Source: Amoebophrya sp. A120 (taxonomy: Eukaryota; Protista; Dinoflagellata). Taken from it: a stretch of DNA of 64,000 nt. The position numbers and the translations under genes were made by a program. The notes under the pieces were generated by a model, which had not been told where the DNA came from, did not search any database, and saw only the letters and a program-made list of their open reading frames with translations. The stretch covers positions 367,271-431,270 of the forward strand of contig CAJINV010000012.1 of assembly GCA_905178155.1 (NCBI GenBank), given 5' to 3'. Numbering within the stretch: the stretch's first letter is position 1; every line of letters begins with the position of its first letter. Shown one piece after another: positions 1 through 12,300 of the stretch.

Positions 1-1214
1 TCCATGTCCGATTCCTCCATCTCTGCTTCCTCCATCTCCGCTTCGCTTGTAGAAGCGGCCCTCCCTTTCTTTTCCCACAGAGCAACAATGCGATCTAGCT
101 CCTCCCGATTGGGCACGGGAACATAAACACGGCTAGGACGTCGGCGATCTTCATTGTCCGGAGCCGGTGCTGGCGGGGGTGTTGCGTTTAACGAAGAGGT
201 CTTCTCCTGCACGTCTGGATTTAATATGCCGCTAGAGCTACTAGCACTGCCTGCTGCTTGTTGTTCCGCGCTGGATCGACGAGCTTCGTTCTTGCTGGAA
301 ACGGTAGCAGCAGCACCCGACCCTTTCGTCGTCTTCCTCCCACGCCGGGGGCCCTGTTTGTCTTGCTTCAGCACGTTATTTCCGGGACGACGTCGTCGAC
401 GCTCACTTTGTCCTTTTTTTCCTAGCTTACGCGGCGGAGAAGTGGCAGCTCCTGCTCCCTCAGCTCCGCTTGCTGTTCCTGGAGGGCCAGCTCCGGAGGA
501 AGAACTACAGGGACTCGCACCGGCTCGTTCAGGCGGAGCCACACTGGTACTGGTAGGTGGTTGTAGTCCTTTGCGTCGTTTCTTACACGGGGTACACCGG
601 GCAGCAATTTGCCGGCGGATTCGCTGCCAGTTGGTAGTACCATGATCCGTTCCTTCTCCGCTCTCAGTGTCAGAACTCCGCCTCCGCTTCTTCAAGTTTT
701 TCGCGGTTGTTCTGCTCTTCCTCGCAGCGTCCTCTTGCACGACGGCTCCGCTCTTGGATGAAGTCTTCATCTACTTGAGCTTGTTGTTATTTCTTGCGGG
801 CAGCCATTTTTTTCCCGTCCGGCGCATGCGCTGGGTGTTGAGACCCTTGCTCTTGCGGCGACGTTCTCCGGTGGTTTCTATTTCGTTTCTCGCCCCAGCA
901 CCAGTACCGCTCGTAGAAGCTGCCGCGTGCTATGCTAGTAGAGGACTAGTTCCTCGGCTGTGTTGCAAATCATCCTGCTCAAGCACGGCCTCTCCGGAAG
1001 GACGACCCCGACGTGTAGTTCCACCAGTATTTGTAGCTTCCGCCCGTGAAGATGCAGCAGCTGCCAGTACTCCAAATCGCACACGGGCCCCATAAAAACC
1101 AGAAGCAGGAAAAACAGTATCCCAGAAGACGCTGCTATTGTAAAAACCGGCCCAGATTACAACTGTACGTGTGACGACACGGCGAATTGTAGTTGTCGTG
1201 GGGGTTAGCATCAT
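1..1214 (-). pseudogene. Lys/Arg/Ser-rich protein gene, 3' end outside the window, apparently decayed
   Basis: One frame runs from ATG at 1214 to the window edge, broken only by in-frame TAG at 930-932 and 771-773. A hydrophobic signal-like stretch (FTIAASSGILFFLLLVF) lies in a shifted frame near 1090-1150. Confidence 0.55.
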
Positions 1215-2027
1215 CGTGGCGGCTGCACTGGTACTCCGGTAGCTGCAGGTACAGGAAGCGCTAGACTGTTTTGCAATATTGAGAAACAGACCCACAATGG
1301 TGATGGTGTGGTACAGGGGTATTATACGTTTATTTTTGGTACTTCTGTCAAGCACAAGCTCGTCTAAAGCGCCTCAAAATACAAGTACAACTGGAAGCAA
1401 TTTGCAATCCACTTCAAGAAGAGTAGAGAGCTGCTGTAGACATGTTGGGCAATCAGATATCATTATCAAAAAAGGCACCACACTTGCGAATCGCAAGGAC
1501 AAGCCTTAGCATCATTCAAATCTTGCATTCTAATTTGTGACGGAACTTATTTGACCTTTTTGTGCCGAAAACAACTTCGAAGCACAATCGGGTAGAGTGC
1601 TAGAACCATTTTCAAATTGAAATTGTATGTTGCGACTCATGAAAAAAGGAAGACACTGCGTGATCTTTAATCTATGACAGGAGCTTGCTGCTCATCGGCC
1701 TTCCTCAAGCGAGGAAGAAGCCACTGGTTCTTGTTTGATCCATATATCAGCAACAGCAGTCACTTTTCTTAAGAGCATTGAGCTTAGGAAACTGTGTTTC
1801 GGCGTTTGCTGGATCTGTTGAAACTCAACACACAACTGCTCACGCTCGGTCTTTGATATCGGACAAAAACTCCTGAACGGCCAGCGCCAGTACTCGTTTG
1901 ATCGTGTTTTCAGTATCTCAAGAACATCAAAACGTTTCTATCTAAGCAGCGTACGGGCGGCACGACGCAGCGAGTCATGTCTCTGTCCAAGCAGAAATCG
2001 ACTACAACTAGAGCATGCCCTCTAGTA

Positions 2028-5000
2028 CTAGAAGTTTATTCCTGGCCGGTAAAAGTTGTTTCTCTCCTCCTCCGCCGTACTCCACCCACTCTCCCGCAGC
2101 TCAAGCACATGCTGCAGGTGCCACCGCGAAGTTTCCGGCAGCTCGTTCTTGTCGAACCGATCGACGACACTTGCTAGTAACTCCAAATGTTTGTAAATTT
2201 CGTCTGTTAAATATGGAAGTGTCAGAATCGAAATTGACAAAATCGAATTGATTCGTAATGCATAAAATCGATACCGGTTGGAGCCCCAGTTTCCAAGTGG
2301 CGCATGACAAATTTCGAGAGCGCTAAAATCCAGACTGTCATGCTGTTTCGGCAAAGAAGCCTGCTCCTACCATGCTACTCTGGCAGCGCATCGCCTTCCC
2401 CTAAAGAGGCTTGTAATCGGTCTCATTTGCCTGCTCCCCAATACAGGCTTTGCGTGCCAAACATTTTATGCATTACAGATTTTTCAATTTTAACGATTTC
2501 GATTCTGACACTCCCATATTAAACTCCGCGCTCTATCCAGCTCACACCCGTCCACTTTCGGCCCGCAAGTCTCCAAATACGCACACAACGCCCCGAGGCT
2601 CGCGATTGCGCGGCCGGACTGGATTTTGGTCAGAATCCTGGTACTGGTGGAGGTGGGAGTGCGAGTACTACCTCTGGAGGAGGACGAAGCTGCTCCTCCT
2701 GCTGGTGTTGTAGTCCCTTCTGTAGTTACGCAAGATGCTTGCTTTTGCAACACATCCCACGTGTTTTGCATCAGCACCTGCACAAACCCGTTGCCAATGT
2801 CTGGCTGGAAGTCCAACTGCTCCTCCCTTGTCAGTATCATGTGCAAAAGTATCGTAATCGTACTTTAATTGCAAATATGCATGACAAATCTTCTTCCTAA
2901 GGTAAAACAGCACTGTCATGCTCCTGAGCAAATTTGTATATGCAATTTGTACTAGCACGATTCTTTTGCATTGCATAGTCAGCCCTCCGAGAAACATCAC
3001 GTCCGCGACAACCTTGTCCGCATTCGCCCTCACTTCCTTGTGCTTTTCCACTCTGCCAAAGTTCCCGTGCTCCGCTTGTCGCCGATGGAAGTCCGCGAGG
3101 ATGTGTTTCTGAAAGTAGCTCTGGTGCCAAAATCGGTTCAACTCCGGCTGGTCGTACAAGAAACGGCGAAGTCGCGCGCACAGCTTCGTCCAAAACATGG
3201 TCATTCGGTCAGAGTCGTATCAAATGTAAAAATGTCAGGGTCTGGAAGATTCTGAGACTTGTCATGCAAATTTTGCATGAGCCATGATGTCTGTGATGCA
3301 TGCCCTAGCGTCAGACTTTTTTTGAGGGCTTCTTGATGCCTATTCCGCATGACAAATGCCCTCTTCCCGTAGCAAAAATCACACTCCCTTTGCTGGTCAT
3401 GCAATACAGATTTTTTTAGATTCCAAAGACAGCATTACAAGTTCCAACCTTCCAGACCCAGACATTTTTACACGTGATAAGTCAGATGAGTCCACAACTC
3501 TGGACCAGAAAGTCGCAGAGAGCTCGCAGTAGAAATGATCTGTAGTGGGATTGATAGATAATGCTGATAATTTTTCAGCGTAAGCTGGAGTGCGGCTTTT
3601 TTGTGTTTTTTCTATATTCAACTACTTATAATGGTGGCTCTGGCGCTGGCTCAGAGTAAGAAGAGTCGCTTTGCAATATCAAACAGTGCACAGAACTCGT
3701 AGTCGTAACTCTCTTGCTCAAAAACAAATATAGCGGTCCTCGCTCCTCTTCGTAATCGTATACTAGTACCAAGTATGGATTGTAAAAGTGTCTGGGTCTG
3801 GAAACTTGTGATGCTGGGTGGTGTATCATGAGGAAGCCATAAGTGCTGGCTCAGCATGACAAGTTTCTGAGCTTCTAGGTGTTGCCTATTCTGCATGACA
3901 AACTGCGTTTTTGCATGACAGGAAATTGGGGCTCTTGGGTAACCTGCATGACAGGTTTAAGAGTCATGCCAGAGAAGCATGACAAGTCGCGCATTCTTCC
4001 AGACCCAGACATTTTTACACTTGATACCAAGCGGCATTTCGTTCGCCCCGACGCGGATTAATTCGAAAAGCTGCTTTTCGTAGTAGCTCTCCACCAGAAA
4101 CCGCTCCGCGTGAAGCTGCGGCGGTGCCTGCATCTTGTCTAAAAGCTGGCCCAGCTCCGCTTGTGGCCAAACCCAGGCCGGCTTCAACAAATCTGCGCGT
4201 TCTTCCATTTGCCCGGCGGGTGATGAGCAACTGCTAGAAGCAGCTTCAGTGTGCTCCTCCTTCGCTCGGTTTATTGTCCTGTCGCTTTCCCCTGCGCCGC
4301 AGCCGGCATCTGCGGCGTCGATTCCCTCCTGCTCTTGGTCGGAGAGAACTTCCTCAATGTGGCAAGAAGGCATCCTGAGTAAAACCGTACCCACGCCATA
4401 GCTGTCATGCAAATCTGCATGCTTAAAATGTTTGTCATGCGGAGCCCCATGAGAAGCATTTTCTAAGGGTGTTTTGAAATTTGTCATGCTCCAATCAGCA
4501 TGAGAGACTAGATCTGTGATGCTGCTGAACTAGCTCAAACAGCACTACACTACGCGTCCAAATTTGTCATGCGAAACAAGCAAAGTTGGCCGATTTGTCT
4601 AGCAGATTTTCCATCTTGACTCTGGTGTGGGTACGTTTTTACTCAGGATAGAAGGCATATGAGGTTCGTCTTGATAATGATCTTCGTATTGATCATTTTG
4701 GTAGCCGTAGCCGTGATCATTGTATAGTTCGAATCCCGGATTTTTGTAGTCGGAACTGTATTGCTGCTCCGCTCGTCCTCCGTAATCTATGTACCATTGC
4801 TGTTCATCAGTCCCCGCCGGTTGTGGCCCATTGCCACATTCCGAGTCGTGGTTAGTGTTGTACAACTCGTCGCAATTTTTATAGTACTGCGGCTCTTCCG
4901 CCAGCGCCACTTCTTGCTCACCTGCATAGCTGATTGGAACAGCCGCCGTCCCGCCCGCATCTTCACAAAGCTCGGCGTCTTGCTCCTGCCAATTGGGATG

Positions 5001-8000
5001 CCGTTGCTCGTCTTGCGACGGGTCGTACTCCTGTTGACCAGAAGACGGATGTGGTGGATCATCAGCATTTATTGTGCCGTAGCTGCTGCCGTCTGTCCTG
5101 ATCTCCCGCCCATGATTTTCATTCGCATTCCCGGCCTGCTCCTTCCACCACGCCAACTCCTCCTGCATCACCCGCATTTCCCGCTTCAGCCTCGCATTTT
5201 CCTGCGCGAGTTCGACATTGACTTGTAAGAAGTCGTCGTTCATCTCCTCTGCGACATCGAGCCTGTACTCCAGCAGAAAAATCTCACCGTGTAACTGCGC
5301 GACTTCGGCGGCCTCGTGGGACATGAACTCAATCCTTTGTCCAACATCATCGCGACTGGAGAAGAACTCCTGCGTCGGGACAGGGACTGCAGGGAGCTGC
5401 GAATGCGATTGCGAAGACGAGGAATCGGCACAGAAATTCGTGGAAACTGTGGAGGTTGTCCTATGATTTCTTTCTTCTTGGTCCTGAAATGTTGAAGTCC
5501 CAGTTGCAGCTACCGAAGATGCATTTTTCGCATCATTCGAGGATGATGAAGGTACCTGCTCTATGTTTAAAGTTTTCCCTTTACCTTCTCGTTGCTTGTT
5601 GCTTGTCCTGAAGCCTATGCTACTAGTCACCGGTGCCGCAGTACTACTGGAATGGGCCGTCTTCGCATTTCGGAGTAGCACCTCGCGATACAGTCTGGGA
5701 TTCGCATCTTTTCCGCTTTCTTGCGCGGGTGACGGCTCCTTGTTTGTGTTTTCATTTGATGTTGTTCCCCACGCCACTTTTTTTTCCACCACTTTTCTTT
5801 CTTCATCTAATGGCAAATCTTCCAACATGATCCTAGAAGTACTGCTGCAAGAAGCTGCTGCAGGCGAAACAACGTCGACGGAGCTAGTATCCTGCTGTGC
5901 TCCCTGGGCGAGTTGGTCGTGCTGCTCCACATCAGTTATGTTGGGAGGGAAAGAAGATGCAGAGGTGCTCAGGGCCGCGACAGATTCGTGTCCCGAAGTA
6001 GGAGCCGGCGCACGTGCTACCGTGGTAGTACAGGACTGCTCTTCCTGCTGGTGCTGCTGTTGCATCAGTAGTTGTCCTTCTCGCATAGCAGGACCAGTCG
6101 TCGCCTGCTGCTGCGAAACCACTTCTGCTGTCCCTGTGCAAGACGCTGTCGTCAGCGTTTCTTGTGTTCCTACCCCACTATAGTTGCCGACATAATTTTC
6201 GCAAGCGCTCATGGCGAGCTGCGAAGATTCTACTTGTCGGGCCGGCTGATTCTGATTGCCGCAATTGTAGCCGAGGTTCGTCTGTATCTGTAAAGTGTTT
6301 GCATCTACATCTACTCCAGGATACGTCGCGACGGTCCTTTGCTGCAACGATTGCTCCTGCACAATACTTGTGCGTCCACCTCCTCCACTCAAGCTGCTCG
6401 TTGCCCCGCCCGCACCAGAATCAGCGACCAGCTGCTGTTGTTGCAACATCTGGTGCGCCGCTCTTTCCTGCATTATAGCTCGTTGCTGTTGCTGGTCGTT
6501 TAACGCGAGCTGTGGGGCTTGCGAGAATTGCTGCTGGTGTTGGTTCATTATCGGCAGAACTGTTCTTGTACTATTCGCATTACAGATTGCGTTCGCGCCG
6601 TTCGAATACGAATTCGCATTACCAGAATTATTTCCGATCTTGCCACTCATCATCATCTGATACGCCTGCGCCGGGGCAATCTCCTGGTAGTCGGCTGGAA
6701 CAGCAGCACCAGCACCGCCTCGTCTCCCGCCAGGTTGGAGTTGGTCCACTCCACATGAGCTGCTATTTTTGCTGTTATCATTATACCCGACAAAGGCGTG
6801 CATGCTGCCGCCGATTTCCACCATTTTCGGCTGCGCGGCCTGTGCTGGGTTGCTGCAGTTGTTCATCTGTGGTGCGGCAGTGCTAGCTGTTAAGTCTGGC
6901 TTTTCCATTATGAGAGTGCACAGCTCCCCCTCCCCCTCATTTGTATGGCATGAAGAGCAATACAAACAACAGCACACGTCGTGGAGCCTATGCATGACAA
7001 ATTTATGTACCTGAATCAGTACTGTTTGGGCTACCAGAACTTGTCATGCAAGCAGTGCCATAAGGCAGCGACTGGATTCGGGGTTTTGCATGACAAATCC
7101 AAATGAGGGGGAGGGGGAGTTGTGCACTGTCATATCCATATGATAGTGCGCGTTGTACTGGATCACCACGTGGCTTGGGTTGTTTGTGGCTAGCTGTTAT
7201 GAACTGCAAAAGTATCGCACTCGTATAAATGCATGACAAATTCCCTCAGCATGAGAGTTAAAATTTGTAATGCGGATTTGCCTTCAGAACAAGATTTGTA
7301 TATACGCAAGACTTGCATTTATACGAATAGGAATACGATACTTTTGCACATGATAGCTGTTGTTGTTGAAGCTGTTGAAGACCTGGTCTAGAATTACCAA
7401 CCTGGTTCATCTGCAGTTGCTGGTAATTATATGGACCAGCAGTACCACAACCACTACCAGCAAGGATAGGAGCCATGCTCTGCAGATTTTGTGGTAGTGG
7501 TTGTTGCATCGTCATCTGTTGCATCGCCATCGCATTATTCATGTTGGTAACCTGCCCCTGTGGTCCTCCAACCTGCGCAGCTTGCCTCAGTGGTTCTCCA
7601 AGAACACCCTGTTGCGGCATGCAGTGCATACTACCATGCTGCGCGGCCTGCATCATGCCGGCACCTGCTCCGACGATCGGAAGATAACTCGTATTCGCAG
7701 CTCCATGATTATTCGCGGGCACGAGCTGCGTCTGACCCTGCTGGGATATGCAACTATTTTGCAGGGCCATCTGCTGCATTTGCTGTTGCTGCAACAAAGC
7801 TGTTGTACTACCTCCTTGATGTCCTGCTTGGATAGTCCCTAGAGGTACTCCTCGGGCTGGCTGCAAAGCACCGTTGTTTGACATCATCATCTGTGCTTGC
7901 AGCCCTTGCTGGTGCACCGAAGATACCGTCGCCCCTGGGCCACCTCCTCCTCCTTGCGGGGGCCCACGCGGAATCAGATCCAGACTGGACGCTGCAAACT

Positions 8001-8079
8001 GCTCCATCGGGGTTTCAGCAGGCCGGGGGTTTTGAGCGTCGTATTGCTGGCGCTGGGACGTAGCTGAAAGCGACTGCAT
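2028..8079 (-). CDS. MIF4G-domain protein (eIF4G-like) with a long Gln-rich disordered N-terminus; 8 exons, 1385 aa
   Basis: Exons 8079-7356, 7192-7135, 6903-4651, 4365-4028, 3539-3480, 3212-2978, 2829-2519 and 2206-2028 sum to 4158 nt and are open throughout. The C-terminal motifs LGQLLDKMQ, FWTKLCARL, VMFLGGL, LGALCAYLETCGPKVD and SRWHLQHVLELRESGW parallel the eIF4G MIF4G helices (ILNKLT, YAQLC, IKFIGEL, LECLCRLLTTIGKDLD, RIRFMLQDVLDLR..NW). Confidence 0.8.
2212..2518. mobile_element. Introner, family C (307 bp)
   Basis: TIR TATGGRAGTGTCAGAATCGAAAT; TSD TTAAA/TTAAA; excision gives RARS-LTDEIY. Confidence 0.9.
2835..2977. mobile_element. Introner, family B (143 bp)
   Basis: TIR TATnnnnTGCAAAAGWATCG; TSD GTCAG; excision gives GGLT-REEQ. 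Confidence 0.9.
3218..3479. mobile_element. Introner, family A (262 bp)
   Basis: TIR TATCAnnTGTAAAAATGTCWGGGTCTGGAAG; TSD AGTCG/AGTCA; excision gives SSD-SDRMTM. Confidence 0.9.
3540..4027 (-). other. Canonical GT-AG intron carrying an introner at its donor site
   Basis: GT at 3769-3768, recreated at 4027-4026; acceptor CTACAG ending at 3540. The join gives NEMPL-DHFYCEL and keeps the MIF4G domain in frame. Confidence 0.7.
3774..4026. mobile_element. Introner, family A subtype (253 bp)
   Basis: Family A TIRs; perfect TSD CCAAG. Confidence 0.9.
4371..4650. mobile_element. Introner, family D (280 bp)
   Basis: TIR YATCCTGAGTAAAAMCGTACCCAC; TSD GAAGG; excision gives HMPS-CHIEE. Confidence 0.9.
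6909..7134. mobile_element. Introner, family E (226 bp)
   Basis: TIR TATGASAGTGCACARCTCCCCCTCCCCCTCATTTG; TSD TCCAT; excision gives YHME-KPD. Confidence 0.9.
7198..7355. mobile_element. Introner, family B (158 bp)
   Basis: Family B TIRs; TSD GCTGT; excision gives QQQL-ATNN. Confidence 0.9.
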
Positions 8080-9318
8080 TCTCGAGGAGCGAAGGGTCGC
8101 TTTATTGCCTCTGCCTCTCGCTGTATTCTTGCACGATACCAGTCCCGGGCGTGGAGCTGGGGGAAAAGAAGAGCGGGTCGTGAAACATCAGGTCATGGAA
8201 AAATAAGCGTAAAGTACTAGTCTATCCTGCCGTATATTCAAGCTTAAGGCGGACGAACAATATGAAGATCTTTGCCATAAAGCGGTACGTAATCGCTTTC
8301 GTCGAAAGCAATACGTCGGCCGCGCCCCTCAATACACAGTGGGAAATAACTTCTTCTTAATATTTTGTCCCGGGGTAATAAAATTGCGCTGGCAAAAATA
8401 GCACTGACTGCTCAAAACTGCTGGCAACACGTGACTTCGAGCGAAAAAATATTAGGAGTGGCCGGAGTGGAATGAACCATTTGGCGTAGTTTTACTTCGT
8501 CTCTACACATACTGCGTTTCTCACGCAAAACACGCATGACCTTGCTCATTTTGCTACCATGATCTCGCTCTTTCCGAGCCTGGTCGGTTCTGTCGAAGTT
8601 TTGTGAAGAAAATCGTCGACAAACAACAAGTCATCTTCGACATCCACGAAAAGAAAGATCCTCGAAAACAAGGACGATCAAGAGTCAACATGAAACAGAT
8701 CATGATCTTCTGCAAATACTGATCGACGTCAGCTACATGATCATCCATCTATCTTTCTCCACCTTGAAGAACTTCATTGTCCTCGTCGCCCTCGCAGTGC
8801 CTTTGTTTCTAGACGCGACGGCAAGAAATCTTCGACAGCCTGCGAGAGGTCACAAAAGAATGATCTTCTAATTGCGGCTATGTTTTACAACTGTCCAATA
8901 TTTTTTGTGTGCACTTGCATCGAGATCGAGACCGACTATTCGTGAAAGCACCTTCCCGTGGCAAGAAGAATGAACATTCATCAATTGGCACCGCATTCGC
9001 GTAAAAGCTGCTGTTCCCTTTGTTTTTCCCAGAGGGAACGGTCGTGGCGCATGGTTTTCGTATTCGAGATGTCGTGCCTGCGGGTGAGCTAGTTTGTTGA
9101 TATAAAAGTCTTCATTTGTTTTTGTAGTAGCCTGCGCTTCATCGCGGAAAGCTGTAATGCTCGGCAGCCATTTTGTAAGACTTGATACGGCGCGCCGGCA
9201 CCAGCTGCTTTGTCCCAGCGGCTCTTCCAACCTGTTCCTACTTCCATATTTTTCCCATGGTTTTTCATGACCTGCCGCATGCGAGGACTTCGGGGGCCAA
9301 GTCCAAGGCCCTGCATCT

Positions 9319-12300
9319 TCACAAATTTCGCGCGAACGTGAAGCTGCTCCTGCTATCCTGTGGAAAAATCAGTCCTCCACCTCCAGAAGTCGCTGTGACT
9401 GTAGAACTACAGGGACCATGTTGGCCAGAAGATTCCGTCCCTGCACAAAGTTGCAACCCGCCGAACAAACCGGGCACCAGGGGACGAAACTGCATCGGGT
9501 TATTAGTTCGACGAGTGTTTACTGCGGAGGCAGATGTGGCCGGAGAGAATGTGGTCGACGTAATAAAGCTCGAAGAGGAGCTTGCCCCTCCTGCACTAGA
9601 AGGTTCTTCCGGGTAGAAATGGAAATCGTTTTTCGACGAAGCTTCACACGTTTGGTTCAGCACCACGCTAACATCAAACACTAAATCGCGGCCGCTTCTG
9701 CCGAACGCCACTGGTTCCCCGAGGTCGAAGCGCCGGTCCGGACAACGGCGCAAAACATCGTAGAGGCTTCCACACCCGGTGAGGAGCTCCAGGGCATGGG
9801 AGTTATCTCCTTCATCGTGCTGTAGGGGTAGTTCCGCACCACCGTTCTTCTTGTGGAACAATTTCCGCTCCAAAGCGCGGAAGCGCTTGTGGTTGCAAAT
9901 TTTCAGGTTGCTGACGGGCTCGGTTTTAGCACTCGCGGTTGAGGCGGAGGAGGAAGAGGACGCGCTAGCGCTTCTACCCCGGCTATCGGCGTCAAAGAGC
10001 AAAACGATCTTTTCCACAACGTCCCAGTACTCGCGGAGCAGAGATGCTGCGTCAACAGGACCTTTTGAAGACTTTTGGTGAGAAGTACTGGCTGATGATG
10101 ATGATGATGTGTGTGCAGCTACTTGGTGCTTCTGCTCAGATGGGCTTCCAACCGCTGCCTGGCGAGTGGAGGACACAGCACCAGGTGCTGGTGCCTGGTA
10201 AGTGTGCATTTTTCGTTCCTGTTCCTCTCCAAACATCACGATGTACTGGATGGAGCTGCTCGGTGGCTCGTTTTCGCGTCGTCCGACGACGCGAAAACGA
10301 TCTGCGTCGGGGCAGCTGCGCAGGAGTGCGAGGAGGGACACGGTCGGATATTTTGCGCGCAGCTGCTTTATCCGCTCGTTGGACCCCAAGTCCACATTTG
10401 TGCACCGGCCGTTATGCTCGCAGATCACGCCCTCAATGGCGGTAAAGTATTCCTCTTGAATGTGCTTCGGTAGTGCGTTGCGCGCATATCACAGTGAAAA
10501 ATGCCCCCCACCCCTGAAATTGCAAGAATTTGTGATGCGAAGTTTCCAAATGAAAGCTTTTTGTCATGCATGAAAGGAGTGCGAATGAATCTTTCTGATG
10601 CAGATTCTAGTCGTGTTTCGCATCGCTTGCATGACAAGCACCGATTTTGCTGGGATCTTTTGCAATACAAATTTTTGCTATTCACGATCGGAAATCTGTG
10701 ATGCTAATACACGCAGGAGGGCGAGTGTTTCATTTCGAAAGATTTGCAATGCAAATGCTTTCAAGTTCGGGGGTGGGGGCGTTTTTCATTGTAATAGTGC
10801 AGTGACCAGATACTCTGTCTTCGCGATTCCACCGTCAGCTGCATTACCGTTTACTGCGCCCGACGCCAGCGCTCTGTTTATTTTGCTCTTGAAGCCTTTG
10901 CTTGATTTGTGAATGAGGCTGAGTCTGGTTTTGTCCCCACAGGAAAGCAAAACAGACGCCAGCGGGCCTAGCGGATGTGCCTCTTGGAGTTCCCGGACAC
11001 GGTGGGTGCTTTCCAGTTCTTCCAATGCACACGTGGTAACGCCCATGTCGTCCCGCATCACCTCTTCCACGGTCTTGAAGTAGCGTTCCAAAATCAGCGG
11101 GTCCGCATCGGGTAGAGGTTGCGCAAGAGGTCGTACTTCATCGTGGTCCGTCCGGCGTCGAGAGCCAGTCTCGTCGTCCGGTGAAAGCTTTCTCCAGGTG
11201 CCGCCGCCGTCATGGTGCAGCGAGAGATCGACGAGTGCCAGCTGGCCTCGCCCGTGGTCCAGCAGTGCAAACTCCGTGGGAAACGAATCCGCGACTACCG
11301 TGTGCAGCTTGAATCCGCCTCCAGGTTTTCCGTGCTTTTTCTTCAAGTCCGCGAATCCCGGCGACGAACCGAATGTGCTGAGCAGCGGCTGTGCCGGATG
11401 TTCTTTGGCACTGAATGCGTGCAGAGCCTGTCGAAGCGCTTCTGTGCCGGTTTCGGATCTCCAGAAGCTGCTGCCGTCCGAATTTGTGTTTGATGATGTA
11501 GCCTTGTTTTGGGCGAGGGCTTGTACCGAGGGGTACGGGGATGTTGGATCAAAGACGTCTCCTTCGATAGCCGGGGCCGGCTTGGGTCTCCAGAGCTTTG
11601 CTGTAGAATCGGGCTTAGCTGCGACTGAAAGGCACAGCACTGTCACCGGACCGGGGGTTTTTCCAGTGGTCCCTGCAACGCTCGAGGCCTGCTCTTCTAT
11701 CACTGCGACAAGCTGTTAGTCCTTGGGCCAATTCATCCAGAATCACAGTCAGCTGAGTAAAAGCCTGGCGATGTACAAAGAAAGTGGTACTACATGCAAT
11801 TGACACAGACGTACAAGGACACCCTCAAGGCGATACTTATGAGTTGTGGACAACCATTTCATCAAGGATGTTGAACATGCAGGGTTTCTTCCCACCACCT
11901 CGCAGCCGAGGAAGGCTGCGGTATCCCTGGTTCATCCCCCAGCGGCATTTATCACCTGCTATCGGAAATAATTCTTCTCTGATTCCATGCATTGGCCCAT
12001 GAACTGGTGAGTTTTCTTGTCTGGATATCCAGCTTGAACTCTGCAGGAAATTTTTCGATCATCGCAATCAACTTCGTGGGAAAGGCGCCATGTTTCTCTT
12101 TCAATGCGGCTAATTGCGGCGAACTCCCAAAGCTGCTTAGGAGTGTCGTGCCATTTTGTCCAGTTCCCGAACAGCACGACTCGCGCAAACACTTACGAAA
12201 GGCTTTGCTCCCCGCTTTCGTATTCCAGAAGCCCGTGTCCGCTGCGTCACCACTGCCGCCCCCTGCAGGCTTCGCTAGTTTGTTGGCTTTATCGGAAGCA

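Noticed and set aside
3397-3896. Separate genes ending at 3651 and starting at 3621
   Set aside because: 3621 is a TTG directly after a stop, and a GT-AG splice joins both parts into one continuous MIF4G domain.
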